Of a stretch of 64,000 nucleotides of DNA, positions 1-14,517 are shown one piece after another (the first letter of the stretch is position 1; each line of letters begins with the position of its first letter). Under the pieces are notes generated by a model. It was not told the DNA's origin. It did not search any database and saw only the letters and a program-made list of their open reading frames with translations. Source of the DNA: Eledone cirrhosa (lineage: Eukaryota). Location: NCBI GenBank assembly GCA_964016885.1, contig OZ024740.1, positions 104,036,001-104,100,000 of the forward strand, in the 5' to 3' direction. Both the position numbers and the translations under genes were made by a program.

Positions 1-2832
<2,832 letters not shown>

Positions 2833-3854
2833 GTGTGCGTGTGCAGGGTTTGGGTGGATATCCAAAAGCGCAGAGAGAACTTAATATCGCATGTAGATTT
2901 AGGAAAGGTCTTTATATAGTACTTAGTTTCATTTCGCGAAATGAACAAGTGGTGGGGGTACATATTACAGAAGTAAATGCAAAGGAACATGATTACACAG
3001 CTGGAAAACGGAGAATATAAACACACACATATATATATATACGTGTGTGTGTGCGTGTTGTGTGCCACAGTATGTATATAATATATGTCTGTGTGCTACG
3101 AAGGAAAGATATTTAGATTTTCATCGGAGGTTGATGGAGAGTGATTGCACAAGACATACGGAAGATGGTGTGTGTATACACACCTATGTAATCATGTACA
3201 ACGATGTATGAGATATGAAGGTGTGTGTGTGTATGTTTACACAATTGCCTTCACACAGAGAGAGAGAGATAAAGGCAATTGTGTAAACACATATAGATGT
3301 GTATAAGATTAAGGTACGGTATGTTTGTGTATTGGCATTGCAGGTGAAGGAAAGGGTCATATATAATGAAAAGTGGAATTAAAGAGAGACAAATAGAAAA
3401 CATGGTTGGAGCGGTGAAATAAAAAGTATCAGTTTATATATAAATATATTCATATATATACATATAAGCAAAAGGGATATTCAATTTGTTGGTAATATAT
3501 ATAATGCTAAAGGAAAGGAACAAAATCAATAGAGGAAAAGATAATAAATAAATTAGATCGATTGAAGAGATATAGAGAAGAGTCAAACAAGATAAAGAGA
3601 GAAAGAAAGACAAATGTCAGGAAAGGATAGAGAGAGAATGTGTGTGAATTAGGGAGGGGAGAGAGAGCGAACGGATAAGGAAGGGGAGGGGGAATGCGAA
3701 AGATGACAATCTAAACGGAATACAGACGACAGGTCTAGAGCGAGAGATAAGTGCTGAGATATTCATATATACAGACGTCGGAAAGAGAAAGTTTTCATTA
3801 AAAGTTAATAATGGAGACTCTAACGCGAATGCCAAACAAGAAAGATGTACTTAC

Positions 3855-3919
3855 TTGCCAAGTTCTTCTTTCAATTCATAAATCTCGTTGAATTTCGATA
3901 ACGAAGCAGTTGTAGCCAT
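3855..3919 (-). CDS. CaMKII: First coding exon of calcium/calmodulin-dependent protein kinase II
   Basis: Minus strand reads CAAC-ATG GCT ACA ACT GCT TCG TTA TCG AAA TTC AAC GAG ATT TAT GAA TTG AAA GAA GAA CTT GGC AA|GTAAGT = MATTASLSKFNEIYELKEELG(K). This matches the CaMKII N-terminal pattern (..F.d.Y.L.EELGK). The donor site is a perfect GTAAGT and the phase-2 intron splits the Lys codon of ELGK, as in metazoan CaMKII genes. Confidence 0.9.
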
Positions 3920-4120
3920 GTTGAATAAGTAAATGCCTGTGTTGTATGGGGTGAGGGGGCAAAGTGGCTATTCTCGTGTGATCTCGTTGGACGGACTCTG
4001 GCAGTGTCGGCGCACGAGATCTCGTCTTCGTCGCACGCCGCCGCTAACATAACATGTGCAATATTACTTCCTACTCATCCCTGTCCCCACCCACTTTCCT
4101 CCTACTCCTTTTCTCTTTCT
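3920..4120 (-). promoter_or_regulatory. Putative 5' UTR/proximal promoter of CaMKII (local CpG-rich unique sequence)
   Basis: CpG-dense patch (gtcggcgcacgagatctcgtcttcgtcgcacgccgccg) just upstream of the ATG in otherwise CpG-poor DNA. The TSS cannot be determined from sequence. Confidence 0.45.
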
Positions 4121-4789
4121 TCGCAACTGTTGTTCAATTCGCTAGTTACTCTCCCTCATTCATTTAGCTTTTCAACTGTTATTTATCTCCCTACATATCT
4201 GTTTATCTCTATATTTCTCTCCATCTTTTTATCTCATTCTTGCTGTTTGTAATACATGTCTGTCTGTCTCTCTATATATTTATCTTTCTAATTCTACGTG
4301 TGTGTATATATCTCGTTCAACGTTCCATTTTTTATTGGTATGCCTGCTATTATATATATACCCTTGTTTTCTCTCTTCTGTCACTGTCTTTTATTCCGCC
4401 TCTTATTTATTTTGTCTTGACCAAACGATAACGACGCAAGCTAAGAAGGACTCTTTAGTCTAGCCAGAAACAAATCAGCCTCTCTCGTGCTGGTGCATCT
4501 AGTACACTCTGCAATGTCGTTGGTATTAGGAAGGGCATCCGGTCATAGAAATCATAAAAAGAACGAAACGTGCAAGCGAGATATGGTCATTAAGCAGTGG
4601 AAACTGATGATATTTTAACACACACACACTTCATCATCGTTTATATATATACACAGGTAAAATTACGTTATTAATACCATTATAACGAATTTTTTTCAAT
4701 CGCCGACCACACGCTCGATGTGTTAGGTCGATCTTGTTATAAAGAATTTTTCGTTACAACGAATTTTTTTTAATACTCCGTGGATTTCG

Positions 4790-4834
<45 letters not shown>

Positions 4835-4838
<4 letters not shown>

Positions 4839-5097
4839 ATACTTTGGGAGGGTCATGCTGCCAATAAAAACACACGCACCTGTTGGTTTTCACTTCAATT
4901 TATTATAAATTTCCGGTTTGTTGGTTGGTTCACTGAGGAGGTCACAGAAAGTGTGACGAAGAGCTTTGACAATATATAAACAAGCATCCGGTTATCAAAC
5001 CAACCAACCGGAAATTTATAATGAATTGAAGTGAAAACCAACAGTTGCGTGTGTTTTTATTGGCATTATGGCAGGATGAATCTCCCAAATTATAACA
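4835..5097 (+). mobile_element. Penelope-like pLTR fragment with about 95-bp inverted arms and a degenerate hammerhead core
   Basis: Imperfect inverted repeat 4835-4930 / 4999-5097 next to (TA)n. The spacer holds CTGAGGA-g-gtcaca/tgtgac stem-GAAG (4933-4961). Confidence 0.55.
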
Positions 5098-5355
5098 ATA
5101 TCTGTTTCAACACAGGTTTTCAGATAAGAAATCTTGCAAAACAAATTCAAAAACGAAGTATATATATATATAATGAATAAAATAACAGTTATTTTATTCA
5201 TTTTATAAATACTCTGTGATATTGCTATGACTGGAAATTTACTGATTGGATTAAACTCTGAATTATCTTTTACCAATTTTACAGCGGAGTATAAGATCAC
5301 ATTTGAGTTTTGAATTATTTTTTGCCTTTTATGATTGTATTATCAACTCATCTAA

Positions 5356-5387
<32 letters not shown>

Positions 5388-5390
5388 ATA

Positions 5391-5435
<45 letters not shown>

Positions 5436-5583
5436 AATGAATAATAACAGGTAGACATCATAAAAAGGTAATTTATTCCGTGTGCTTACAAGTGTTTCCA
5501 CGGTGGTACTGCAGCCTAGTTCCGCTACGTGCAAATTCACAAGTATTTGCAGAACTCTATATATATGTATATATATATATATA

Positions 5584-5626
<43 letters not shown>

Positions 5627-5754
5627 GTATATGTATATGTATATATATGTATATATATGTATATATATATATATATGTATATATATGTATATATATGTAT
5701 ATATGTATATATGTATATATATGTATATATATATATATGTATATATATGTATAT

Positions 5755-5820
<66 letters not shown>

Positions 5821-5873
5821 ATGTGTATATATATGTGTATATATATATATATGTGTATATATATATATATGTG

Positions 5874-5907
<34 letters not shown>

Positions 5908-5912
5908 TATGT

Positions 5913-8276
5913 ATCATCATCATCATCATCATCACCGTTTTACGTCCGTTCTTCCACGCTAGCATGGGTTAGACGGGTTGTCCTGTTGTGGGCAGTGTCT
6001 GGTCGGCTGACCATGCCTTGCTCATACAGGAACTGATCTGGCTTGATTTCTACAGCTGGATGCCCTTCCTAACACCAACCTCATTTACAGTGAGTGCTGG
6101 GTGCTTTTTCGTGGCGCCTACACGTCCACTTTACAGTGTGGGCTGGGTGCTTTTTTGCCGTGGCGCCTCCACGGCCACCTTGCGGTGGGGGGGGGGGGCA
6201 TATTGTTTATATGCTTCAGCATGTACCCATGGGAGGTCGGGTACCCTGTATTACTGCGTGACGCCAGAAGTCACGGTCGTGTGTCATTGACTTTGAGAGG
6301 TGTAGTTGGGTAAGGTCGGCTTTTATCACCTCATCCCAAGTCATCTTGGGTCTCCCCACTCCGCGGTTTCCATCAACTTCTAGTGCTCTGCACCTTTTTA
6401 TGCAGCTGTCATCCTTCATACGCATCACATGTCCATACCAGCGTAACCGCCTCTCCTGCACGCAGCATTTGATTCCTCTTATGCTCAGTCTCTCTCTCAA
6501 TTCATTTATGCTTTGTCGTTCACGTATATTACTGTTACACATCCATCGGAGCATGCAGGCTTCGTTTCTCTCTAATCTACGTAAGTCTTCCACCTTCAGC
6601 GCCCAGGTCTCACTACCATGCAACATCGCTGTTCGGATACACGCATCATACAGTCTGCCTTTCATTCTGAGGGAGAAGCCTTTTGCAGCTAGCAGTGGTA
6701 GTAGTTCCCTAAACTTCTTCCATCCCGTTCTTACCCTAGTTATTGTACTTTCTGAGCACCCACCTCCGTTGCTAATTCGGTCACCTAGGTAGCAGAAGCT
6801 GTCTACTGTTTCTACAGGGCCCTCCCAGAGATTGGTGGTACTTGTTTCCTGTGGCTGTTTGCTTGCTGTTTCAGCACAGCTGCTGCATGTGAATCCTACA
6901 TTCTTAATTAAGCTTCCTGAGATCCCGCTACATCTCTTGTGTACCCATTGTTTGCATTTGGGGCAAAGAATGGAGTTCCTACCTACACCTTTCCTACATA
7001 CTGAGCAAGGCCATTTCCCTGAGGGGATCTGGGTTCTGTTTTCTCGTCTACTTATAAGGACCTTAGTCTTTGTCATGTTGACTTTGAGGCCCTTTCTCTC
7101 TAGTCCCTGCTTCCAGGTTTGGAATTTATTCTCTAGTTCTACCATAGATTCAGCTATGAGTGCGAGGTCATCAGCATACAGGAGTTCCCATGGGCATCCG
7201 GTCTTAAACTCCTCCGTTATTGCCTGCAGGACTATGATGAACAGGAGAGGGCTAAGAACAGAGCCCTGGTGGACCCCAACCTGTACGCTAAATTCCTCGC
7301 TATACTCATTGCCAATCCTAACTTTGCTGACTGCTCCCCTATACATGGCTTGTACCGCTTTCACAAGCCATTCATCTACTCCTAGTTTTCTAAGAGCCCA
7401 CCAGATTACTGCACGTGGAACTCTGTCAAAGGCTTTCTCAAGGTCGACAAATGCCAAGTAGAGTGGCTTACTTTTAGCTAGGTACTTTTCCTGTAATTGC
7501 CTCACAAGGAAGAGCGCATCAGTGGTGCCTTTCCCTGGAACAAACCCAAATTGCATCTCGTCTATATTCACCCGGTCCCTAATCAGCTGTGCTATAACTC
7601 TTTCTGTTACTTTCATGACCTGGTCCATCAACTTTATACCTCTATAGTTTCCTCTATCTAGTGCATCGCCTTTACCTTTGTAGCAGTTGACAATGATGCT
7701 ACTGCACCAATCTTTTGGTATGGCCCCCTCTAGTATTACCTGGTTAACGATACGTGTGGTTATAGTGTGACCTACAGACCCAGATGCCTTCAGCATCTCG
7801 GCAGCTATACCCGATGGACCGGTTGCCTTCCCTATCTTCATATCTCTGATTGCCTTACTTACTACGCTGCCGCTGACTTGTACTGCTGGTCCCTCTATAG
7901 GGTCTACGTGGGGTAGGGTCTCTTCTTCCCATGCATTCTCCTCATTTAGTAATCTATCATAATGACTCTTCCATGCATCTTTCTTCTCAGCACTTGTGAG
8001 GGCAAGCTCACCTTTATCATTCCGGATACACTTCTCTCCAATGACATCACAACTCTCTCTGATACACTGCTTCGCAATCTTGAACACCTCCTGTTTCTGG
8101 TCCTCACGTTGTAAAACATGCTTGAATTTTCTATCCTCTGCTTCCCTCCTAGCTAAGTATACTTGTCGCCTAGCTTCCCTCTTGGTCTCTATGTAATGTA
8201 CCCTGCTCCCCCCGTTCTTCCATTCTTTCCATGCCTGTCTCTTGGCCTTGACTGCTTCATCTACCTTATTGTTCCA
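5913..8276 (-). mobile_element. RTE-clade LINE family A, 5'-truncated, open ORF (RT with inserted PHD finger)
   Basis: ORF 6216-8276 has no stops and carries [46 protein letters not shown] and GRP. The 3' UTR ends in a (GAT)n tail. Confidence 0.95.
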
Positions 8277-8432
8277 TGTATATATATATGTATATATATA
8301 TATATGTATATATATATGTATATATATATGTATGTGTATATATATGTATGTGTATATATATGTATGTATATATATATGTATATATATGTATATTGTATAT
8401 ATATATGTATATATATATGTATACATATATGT

Positions 8433-9507
8433 ATCATCATCATCATCATCATCGTTTAACGTCCATGTTCCACGCTTGCATGAGTTTGGACGGGAGTTTT
8501 CCCACTTGAGGCAAGAGTGGTTGTCTTGCTCGCATAGGACTGTCTGGCGGGTTTTCTACAGTTGGATGCCCTTCCTAACACCAACCACATTTACAGTGTG
8601 GGGCTGGGAGGTTTTTACCGTGTTGCCTACACGGCCACATTACAGCGTGGACTGTCTGGCGGGTTTTCTACAGCTGGATGCCCTTCCTAACACCAACCAC
8701 ATTTACAGTGTGGGACTGGGAGGTTTTTACCGTGTTGCCTACACGGTCACATTACAGCGTGGACTGTGTGTTTTTTTGTCGTGACACCTACACGATCTCA
8801 TTTGTTTCGGCCTGGATTTTGTGGCACCAACATAACTTTACATTGAAAGGGGCGGTGTGGATGGGGTGGGGGTGGTGGGACGGGGGTGTATTTTGTTAGA
8901 GATGCCTACTGACTGTAGTAGGTTTTACTTTGTATTTAGGTAAGGCAGGTCTTCCCTATTACTGAGTACCGCCAAAGGTCTTGGTCCAGTGACATTGTCT
9001 TGGAGAGGTATAAGTGTGTGAGGTCGGAATTTATCAGCTCGTTTTTCTGGGTTTTCTGGGTTTTTCTGGGTCTGCCTACTCCGTGGCTACCGTCTATCTT
9101 TATTGCCCTGCACTTTGCTATACAGCTGTCGTCTTTCATGCGCATCACGTGACCATACCAACGTAGCCTTCTCTCGAGTAAACAACATCTGATCCCTCTT
9201 ATTTCTAATTTTTTCCGTAGTTCGTTTATGCTTTGCCGTTCGCGTATATTACTATTACACATCCAGCGGAGCATGCAAGCTTCGTTCCTCTCTAGTCTGT
9301 GTATATCCTCTGCACACAATGCCCAGGTCTCACTGCCATGCAACATTGCTGTTCGTATGCAGGCATCATACAACCTGCCTTTCATTTTTAGGGAGAACCC
9401 TTTAGCAGCTAATAGTGGTATAAGCTCTCTGAACTTTTTCCATGCAGTTCTGACTCTAGCTACTGTACTTTCAGAGCACCCTCCCCCACTGCTGATTTTG
9501 TCACCCA
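8433..9507 (-). mobile_element. RTE-clade LINE family B, 3' fragment
   Basis: C-terminal ORF ([14 protein letters not shown]), 3' UTR with a 112-bp tandem duplication, (GAT)n tail. Confidence 0.93.
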
Positions 9508-9604
9508 TATATATATATATATGTATATATATGTATATATATGTGTATATATATGTGTATATATATATATGTATATATATGTGTATATATATATATATAT
9601 GTAT

Positions 9605-10027
9605 CCGGGAGAGATGACCCCTTAGCCTTTGTCAAGGCAGAATTCTAGGAGAAGGAAAACTCTGATATAACACCTGCAACCCTGATGGTATCCAATGATG
9701 TTGACTTGTTCTTCTTTTTAGTAAATATCATCTTGGTTAAGAGAGTGGGACTGGCTTTGCTCACTATAAAAGCTTCACGGAACAGGCATTGCTTTATATC
9801 TGGAGATCTCTCTGCACTTGTCATCACAGGGTACAATGGGCCCAGCACTATGTGTCTGTAATTGTCACAAGTGTAGTGTTTGTACCAGAGTTTTCAAGTC
9901 GCTGGCTGGGCTAAAAAGTCACACTCGTTCAGCGCATTAGTAGGGGTTCTCCTACATGGATATAAAGTAGTGGCCGTACTCCAAAACGAGTTGGCAGCCA
10001 CCATCATCATCATCATTATCACCACCA
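9605..10027 (+). mobile_element. Bipartite non-autonomous RTE derivative (family C), 5'-truncated
   Basis: Near-identical to 27715-28127. Carries ctaggagaaggaaaactctga, a C2H2-finger remnant and a (CAT)n tail. Confidence 0.85.
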
Positions 10028-10037
10028 TATATATGTG

Positions 10038-10067
<30 letters not shown>

Positions 10068-10068
<1 letters not shown>

Positions 10069-10310
10069 GTGTAGGTGTCACGACAAAAAACACACAGTCC
10101 ACGCTGTAATGTGGCCGTGTAGGCAACACGGTAAAAACCTCCCAGCCCCACACTGTAAATGTGGTTGGTGTTAGGAAGGGCATCCAGCTGTAGAAAACCC
10201 GCCAGACAGTCCTATGCGAGCAAGACAATCACTCTTGCCTCAAGTGGGAAAACCCCCGTCCAAATCCATGCAAGCGTGGAACACGGATGTTAAACGTTGA
10301 TGATGATGAT
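10068..10310 (+). mobile_element. Family B 3' UTR fragment
   Basis: Matches the family B terminus with its (GAT)n tail. Confidence 0.9.
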
Positions 10311-10330
10311 ATATATATATATATGTATAT

Positions 10331-13008
10331 GTGACAGATGGACGGTCGTAAACACAAAAGCCTTCCCTAGTGAGGAATGTACACCCCAACATAGCTTAGT
10401 TGTCAGCGACCTCACAGTCAAAACTAGACGAACCTGGAAACAGAGGCCAACCTGGAGAAGAAAGATCTGGAAGCTGAAAGACCCCTCAACCAGTAACAGA
10501 TTTAAAGATATTTTACTCAACGCCTACGACAGTAAAGAAGAACAGATAGAGACATTCAATGTAGAAGAGCACTGGGAATTCCTAAAAAATAACTTACTAG
10601 AGGCGACAGATGAGATCTGTGGCTGGAGTAAGACATCAAGCAGGAGGAGAGTGACTTGGTGGTGGAACAATAAGGTAGATGAAGCAGTTGAGGCCAAGAG
10701 ACAGGCATGGAAAGAATGGAAGAACGGGGGGAGCATGGTACATTACACAGAGACCAAGAGGGAAGCTAGGCGACAAGTATACTTAGCTAGGAGGGAAGCA
10801 GAGGCTAGAAAATTCAAGCATGTTTTGCAAAGTGAGGACCAGAAACAGGAGGTGTTCAAGATTGCAAGGCAGTGTGTCAGAGAGAGTTGTGTTGTCATTG
10901 GAGAGAAGTGTATCTGGAATGATAAAGGTGAGCTTGCCCACACAAGTGCTGAGAAGAAAGATGCATGGAAAAGTCATTATGATAGATTACGAAATGAGGA
11001 GAATGCATGGGAAGAAGAGACCCTACCCCAAGTAGACCCTATAGAGGGGCCAGCAGTACAAGTCAGCAGCAACGTAGTAAGTAAGGCAATCAAAGATATG
11101 AAGATGCGGAAGGCAACCAGTCCATCGGGTATAGCTGCCGAGATGCTGAAGGCATCTGGGTCTGTAGGTCACACTATAACCACACGTATTGTTAACCAGG
11201 TAATACTAGAAGGTGTCATACCAAGAGATTGGTGCAGTAGCATCATTGTCAACTGCTACAAAGGTAAAGGTGATGCACTAGATAGAGGAAACTATAGAGG
11301 TATAAAGCTAATGGACCAGGTCATGAAAGTAACAGAAAGAGTTATAGCACAGTTGATTAGGGACCGAGTGAAACTAGACGAGATGCAATTTGGGTTTGTA
11401 CCAGGGAGAGGCACCACTGATGCCCTCTTCCTTGTCAGGCAGTTACAGGAAAAGTGCCTAGCTAAAAGTAAGCCACTCTACCTGGCATTTGTCGACCTTG
11501 AGAAAGCCTTTGACAGAGTTCCACGTGCTGTAATCTGGTGAGCTCTTAGAAAACTAGGAGTAGATGAATGGCTTTTGAAAGCGGTACAAGCCATGTATAG
11601 GGGAGCAGTCAGCAAAGTTAGGATTAGCAATGAGTATAGCGAGGAATTTAGCATACAGGTTGGGGTCCACCAGGGCTCTGTTCTTAGCCCCTCCTGTTCA
11701 TCATAGTCCTGCAGGCAATAATGGAGGAGTTTAAGACCGGATGCCCATGGGAACTCCTGTATGCTGATGACCTTGCACTTATAGCTGAATTTATGGTACA
11801 ACTAGAGAATAAATTCCAAACTTGGAAGCAGGGACTAGAAAGGAAGGGTCTCAAAGTCAACATGACAAAGACTAAGGTCCTTGTAAGTAGACGAGAAAAC
11901 AGAACCCAGATCCCCTCAGGGAAATGGCTTTGCGCAGTATGTAGGAAAGGTGTAGGTAGGAACTCCATTCTCTGCCCCAAATGCAAACAATGGGTACACA
12001 GGAGATGTAGCGGGATCTCAGGAAGCTTAATTAAGAATGTAGGCTTCACATGCAGCAGCTGTGCTGGGACAGCAAGCAGCAGACAGCCACAGGATACAAG
12101 TACCACCAATCTCTGGGAGGGCTCTGTAGAAACAGTAGACAGCTTCTTCTACCTAGGTGACCGAATTAGCAGCGGAGGTGGGTGTTCAGAAAGTACAATA
12201 ACTAGGGTAAGAACGGGATGGAAAAAGTTTAGGGAACTACTACCACTGCTAGCTGCAAAAAGCTTATCCCTCAGAATGAAAGGCAAACTGTATGATGCGT
12301 GTATCCGAACAGTGATGTTGTATGGTAGTGAGACCTGGGCGCTGAAGGTGGAAGACTTACGTAGATTAGAGAGAAACGAAGCCTGCATGCTCCGATGGAT
12401 CTGTAACAGTAATATACGTGAACGACAAAGCATAAATGAATTGAGAGAGAGACTGAGCATAAGAGGAATCAAATGCTGTGTGCAGGAGAGGCGGTTGCGC
12501 TTGTATGGACATGTGATGCGTATGAAGGATGACAGCTGCATAAAAAGGTGCAGAGCACTAGAAGTCGATGGAAACCGCGGAGTGGGGAGACCCAAGATGA
12601 CCTGGGATGAATGATAAAAGCTGACCTTACCCAATTAGACCTCTCAAAGGCGATGACACGCGACCGTGACCTCTGGCGTCACGCATAATACAGAGTACCC
12701 GACCTCCCATGGGCACAAGCTGAAGCATATAGACAATATGCCCCCCCACACCCCTCCACAAGGTGGTCGTGGAGGTGCCACGGAAAAAAAGCACCCAGCC
12801 CACACTGTAAAGTGGACATATAGGCGCCATGAAAAAGCACTCAGCACTCACTGTAAATGAGGTTGGTGTTAGGAAGGGCATCCAGCTGTAGAAATCAAGC
12901 CAAATCAGTTCCTGCATGAGCAAGGTATGGTCAGCCGACCAGACACTGCCCACAACAGGACAACCCGTCTAACCCATGCTAGCGTGGAAGAACGGACGTA
13001 AAACGGTG
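10331..13008 (+). mobile_element. RTE family A copy, 5'-truncated in the endonuclease C-terminus, pseudogenised
   Basis: ORFs 10297-11541 and 11721-12614. TGG>TGA stop at 11539 and a frameshift near 11690. PHD at 11931-12062. Family A 3' UTR. Confidence 0.95.
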
Positions 13009-13096
13009 TATATATATATATATATGTATATGTATATATATATAGGGCTCTGTTCTCAGCCCACTACTATTTATATATATATGTATATATATATAC

Positions 13097-13143
<47 letters not shown>

Positions 13144-13174
13144 CATATATATATGTATATATACATATATATAT

Positions 13175-13226
13175 ATCATCATCATCATCATCGTTTAACG
13201 TCCCTGTTCCACGCTTGCATGGGTTT
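13175..13226 (-). mobile_element. Ultra-short family B 3' end
   Basis: (CAT)n followed by cgtttaacgtccctgttccacgcttgcatgggttt, embedded in TA. Confidence 0.85.
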
Positions 13227-13319
13227 ATATATACATATATATATATACATATATATATATATACATATATATATGTATATATATGTACATATATATACAT
13301 ATACTTATAGATACATATG

Positions 13320-13397
<78 letters not shown>

Positions 13398-13436
13398 CAT
13401 ATATATATATACATATAAATATATATATACATATAT

Positions 13437-13773
13437 ATCATCATCATCATCATCAACGTTTAACGTCCGTGTTCCACGCTTGCATGGGTTTGGACGGGGG
13501 TTTTCCCACTTGAGGCAAGAGTGATTGTTTTGCTCGCATAGGACTGTCTGGCAGGTTTTCTACAGTTGGATGCCCTTCCTAACACCAACCACATTTACAG
13601 TGTGGGTCTGGGAGGTTTTTACCGTGTTGCCTACACGGCCACATTACAGCGTGGACTGTGTGTTTTTTTTGTCGTGACACCTACACGATCTCATTTGTTT
13701 CGGCCTGGATGGTGTGGCACCAACATAACTTTACATAGAAGGGGGCGGTGTGGATGGGGTGGGGGGGGGGGGG
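13437..13773 (-). mobile_element. Family B 3' UTR fragment
   Basis: Matches the reverse complement of about 26570-26901. Confidence 0.9.
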
Positions 13774-13774
13774 C

Positions 13775-13839
<65 letters not shown>

Positions 13840-14078
13840 TATATATACATATATATATTTATATACATATATATATATATATATACATATAAATATATAT
13901 ATACATATATATATTTATATACATATATATATATATATATACATACATGGAAAGTTATATTTAAAATTGTTGGGTTACAACTAGTAAATATTTATAACTG
14001 ATATAAAAGCACTCGACAAATATTTGGAGTATATTTACAATATTAAATAAATGGAAACTATATTTATAAAACCATATT

Positions 14079-14144
14079 TATTTCATTATATATATTTCGG
14101 GGATATCATATTAACAATATGCTATGCCTTCCTCAGACAAAATA
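14079..14144 (-). ncRNA. Mirror copy of the minimal hammerhead ribozyme
   Basis: Exact reverse complement of 14317-14382. Confidence 0.7.
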
Positions 14145-14316
14145 CAATATAAACAGTTTTATAGATAAATAGATTCGACATACCGTTATAACACCGACTT
14201 GCATTTGAAGAGGTTAAACTGGCAGTCAGGTTAGACTGCCAGTTTAACCTCTTCAAATGCAAGTCGGTGTTATAACGGTATGTCGAATCTATTTATCTAT
14301 AAAACTGTTTATATTG

Positions 14317-14382
14317 TATTTTGTCTGAGGAAGGCATAGCATATTGTTAATATGATATCCCCGAAATATATATAATGAAATA
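14317..14382 (+). ncRNA. Minimal type I hammerhead ribozyme (Penelope-type)
   Basis: Stem I tattttgt/atgaaata (8 bp, two GU pairs), CTGAGGA at 14325-14331, stem II with catatt/aatatg, GAAA at 14363-14366, palindromic stem III ATATATAT, cleavage triplet AUA ending at 14374. Confidence 0.7.
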
Positions 14383-14517
14383 AATATGGTTTTATAAATA
14401 TAGTTTCCATTTATTTAATATTGTATATATATACATATATATATACATATATAATACACATGTATACATATATATATATACATATATATATACATATATA
14501 TACATATATATATATAT

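Larger units (their letters stand above)
13948..14425. mobile_element. Penelope-like pLTR fragment forming a perfect 192-bp-arm palindrome
   Basis: 14036-14227 is the reverse complement of 14234-14425 (loop aggtta). The left arm extends about 90 bp further. Each arm carries a hammerhead motif and the unit is flanked by TA tracts. Confidence 0.75.
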
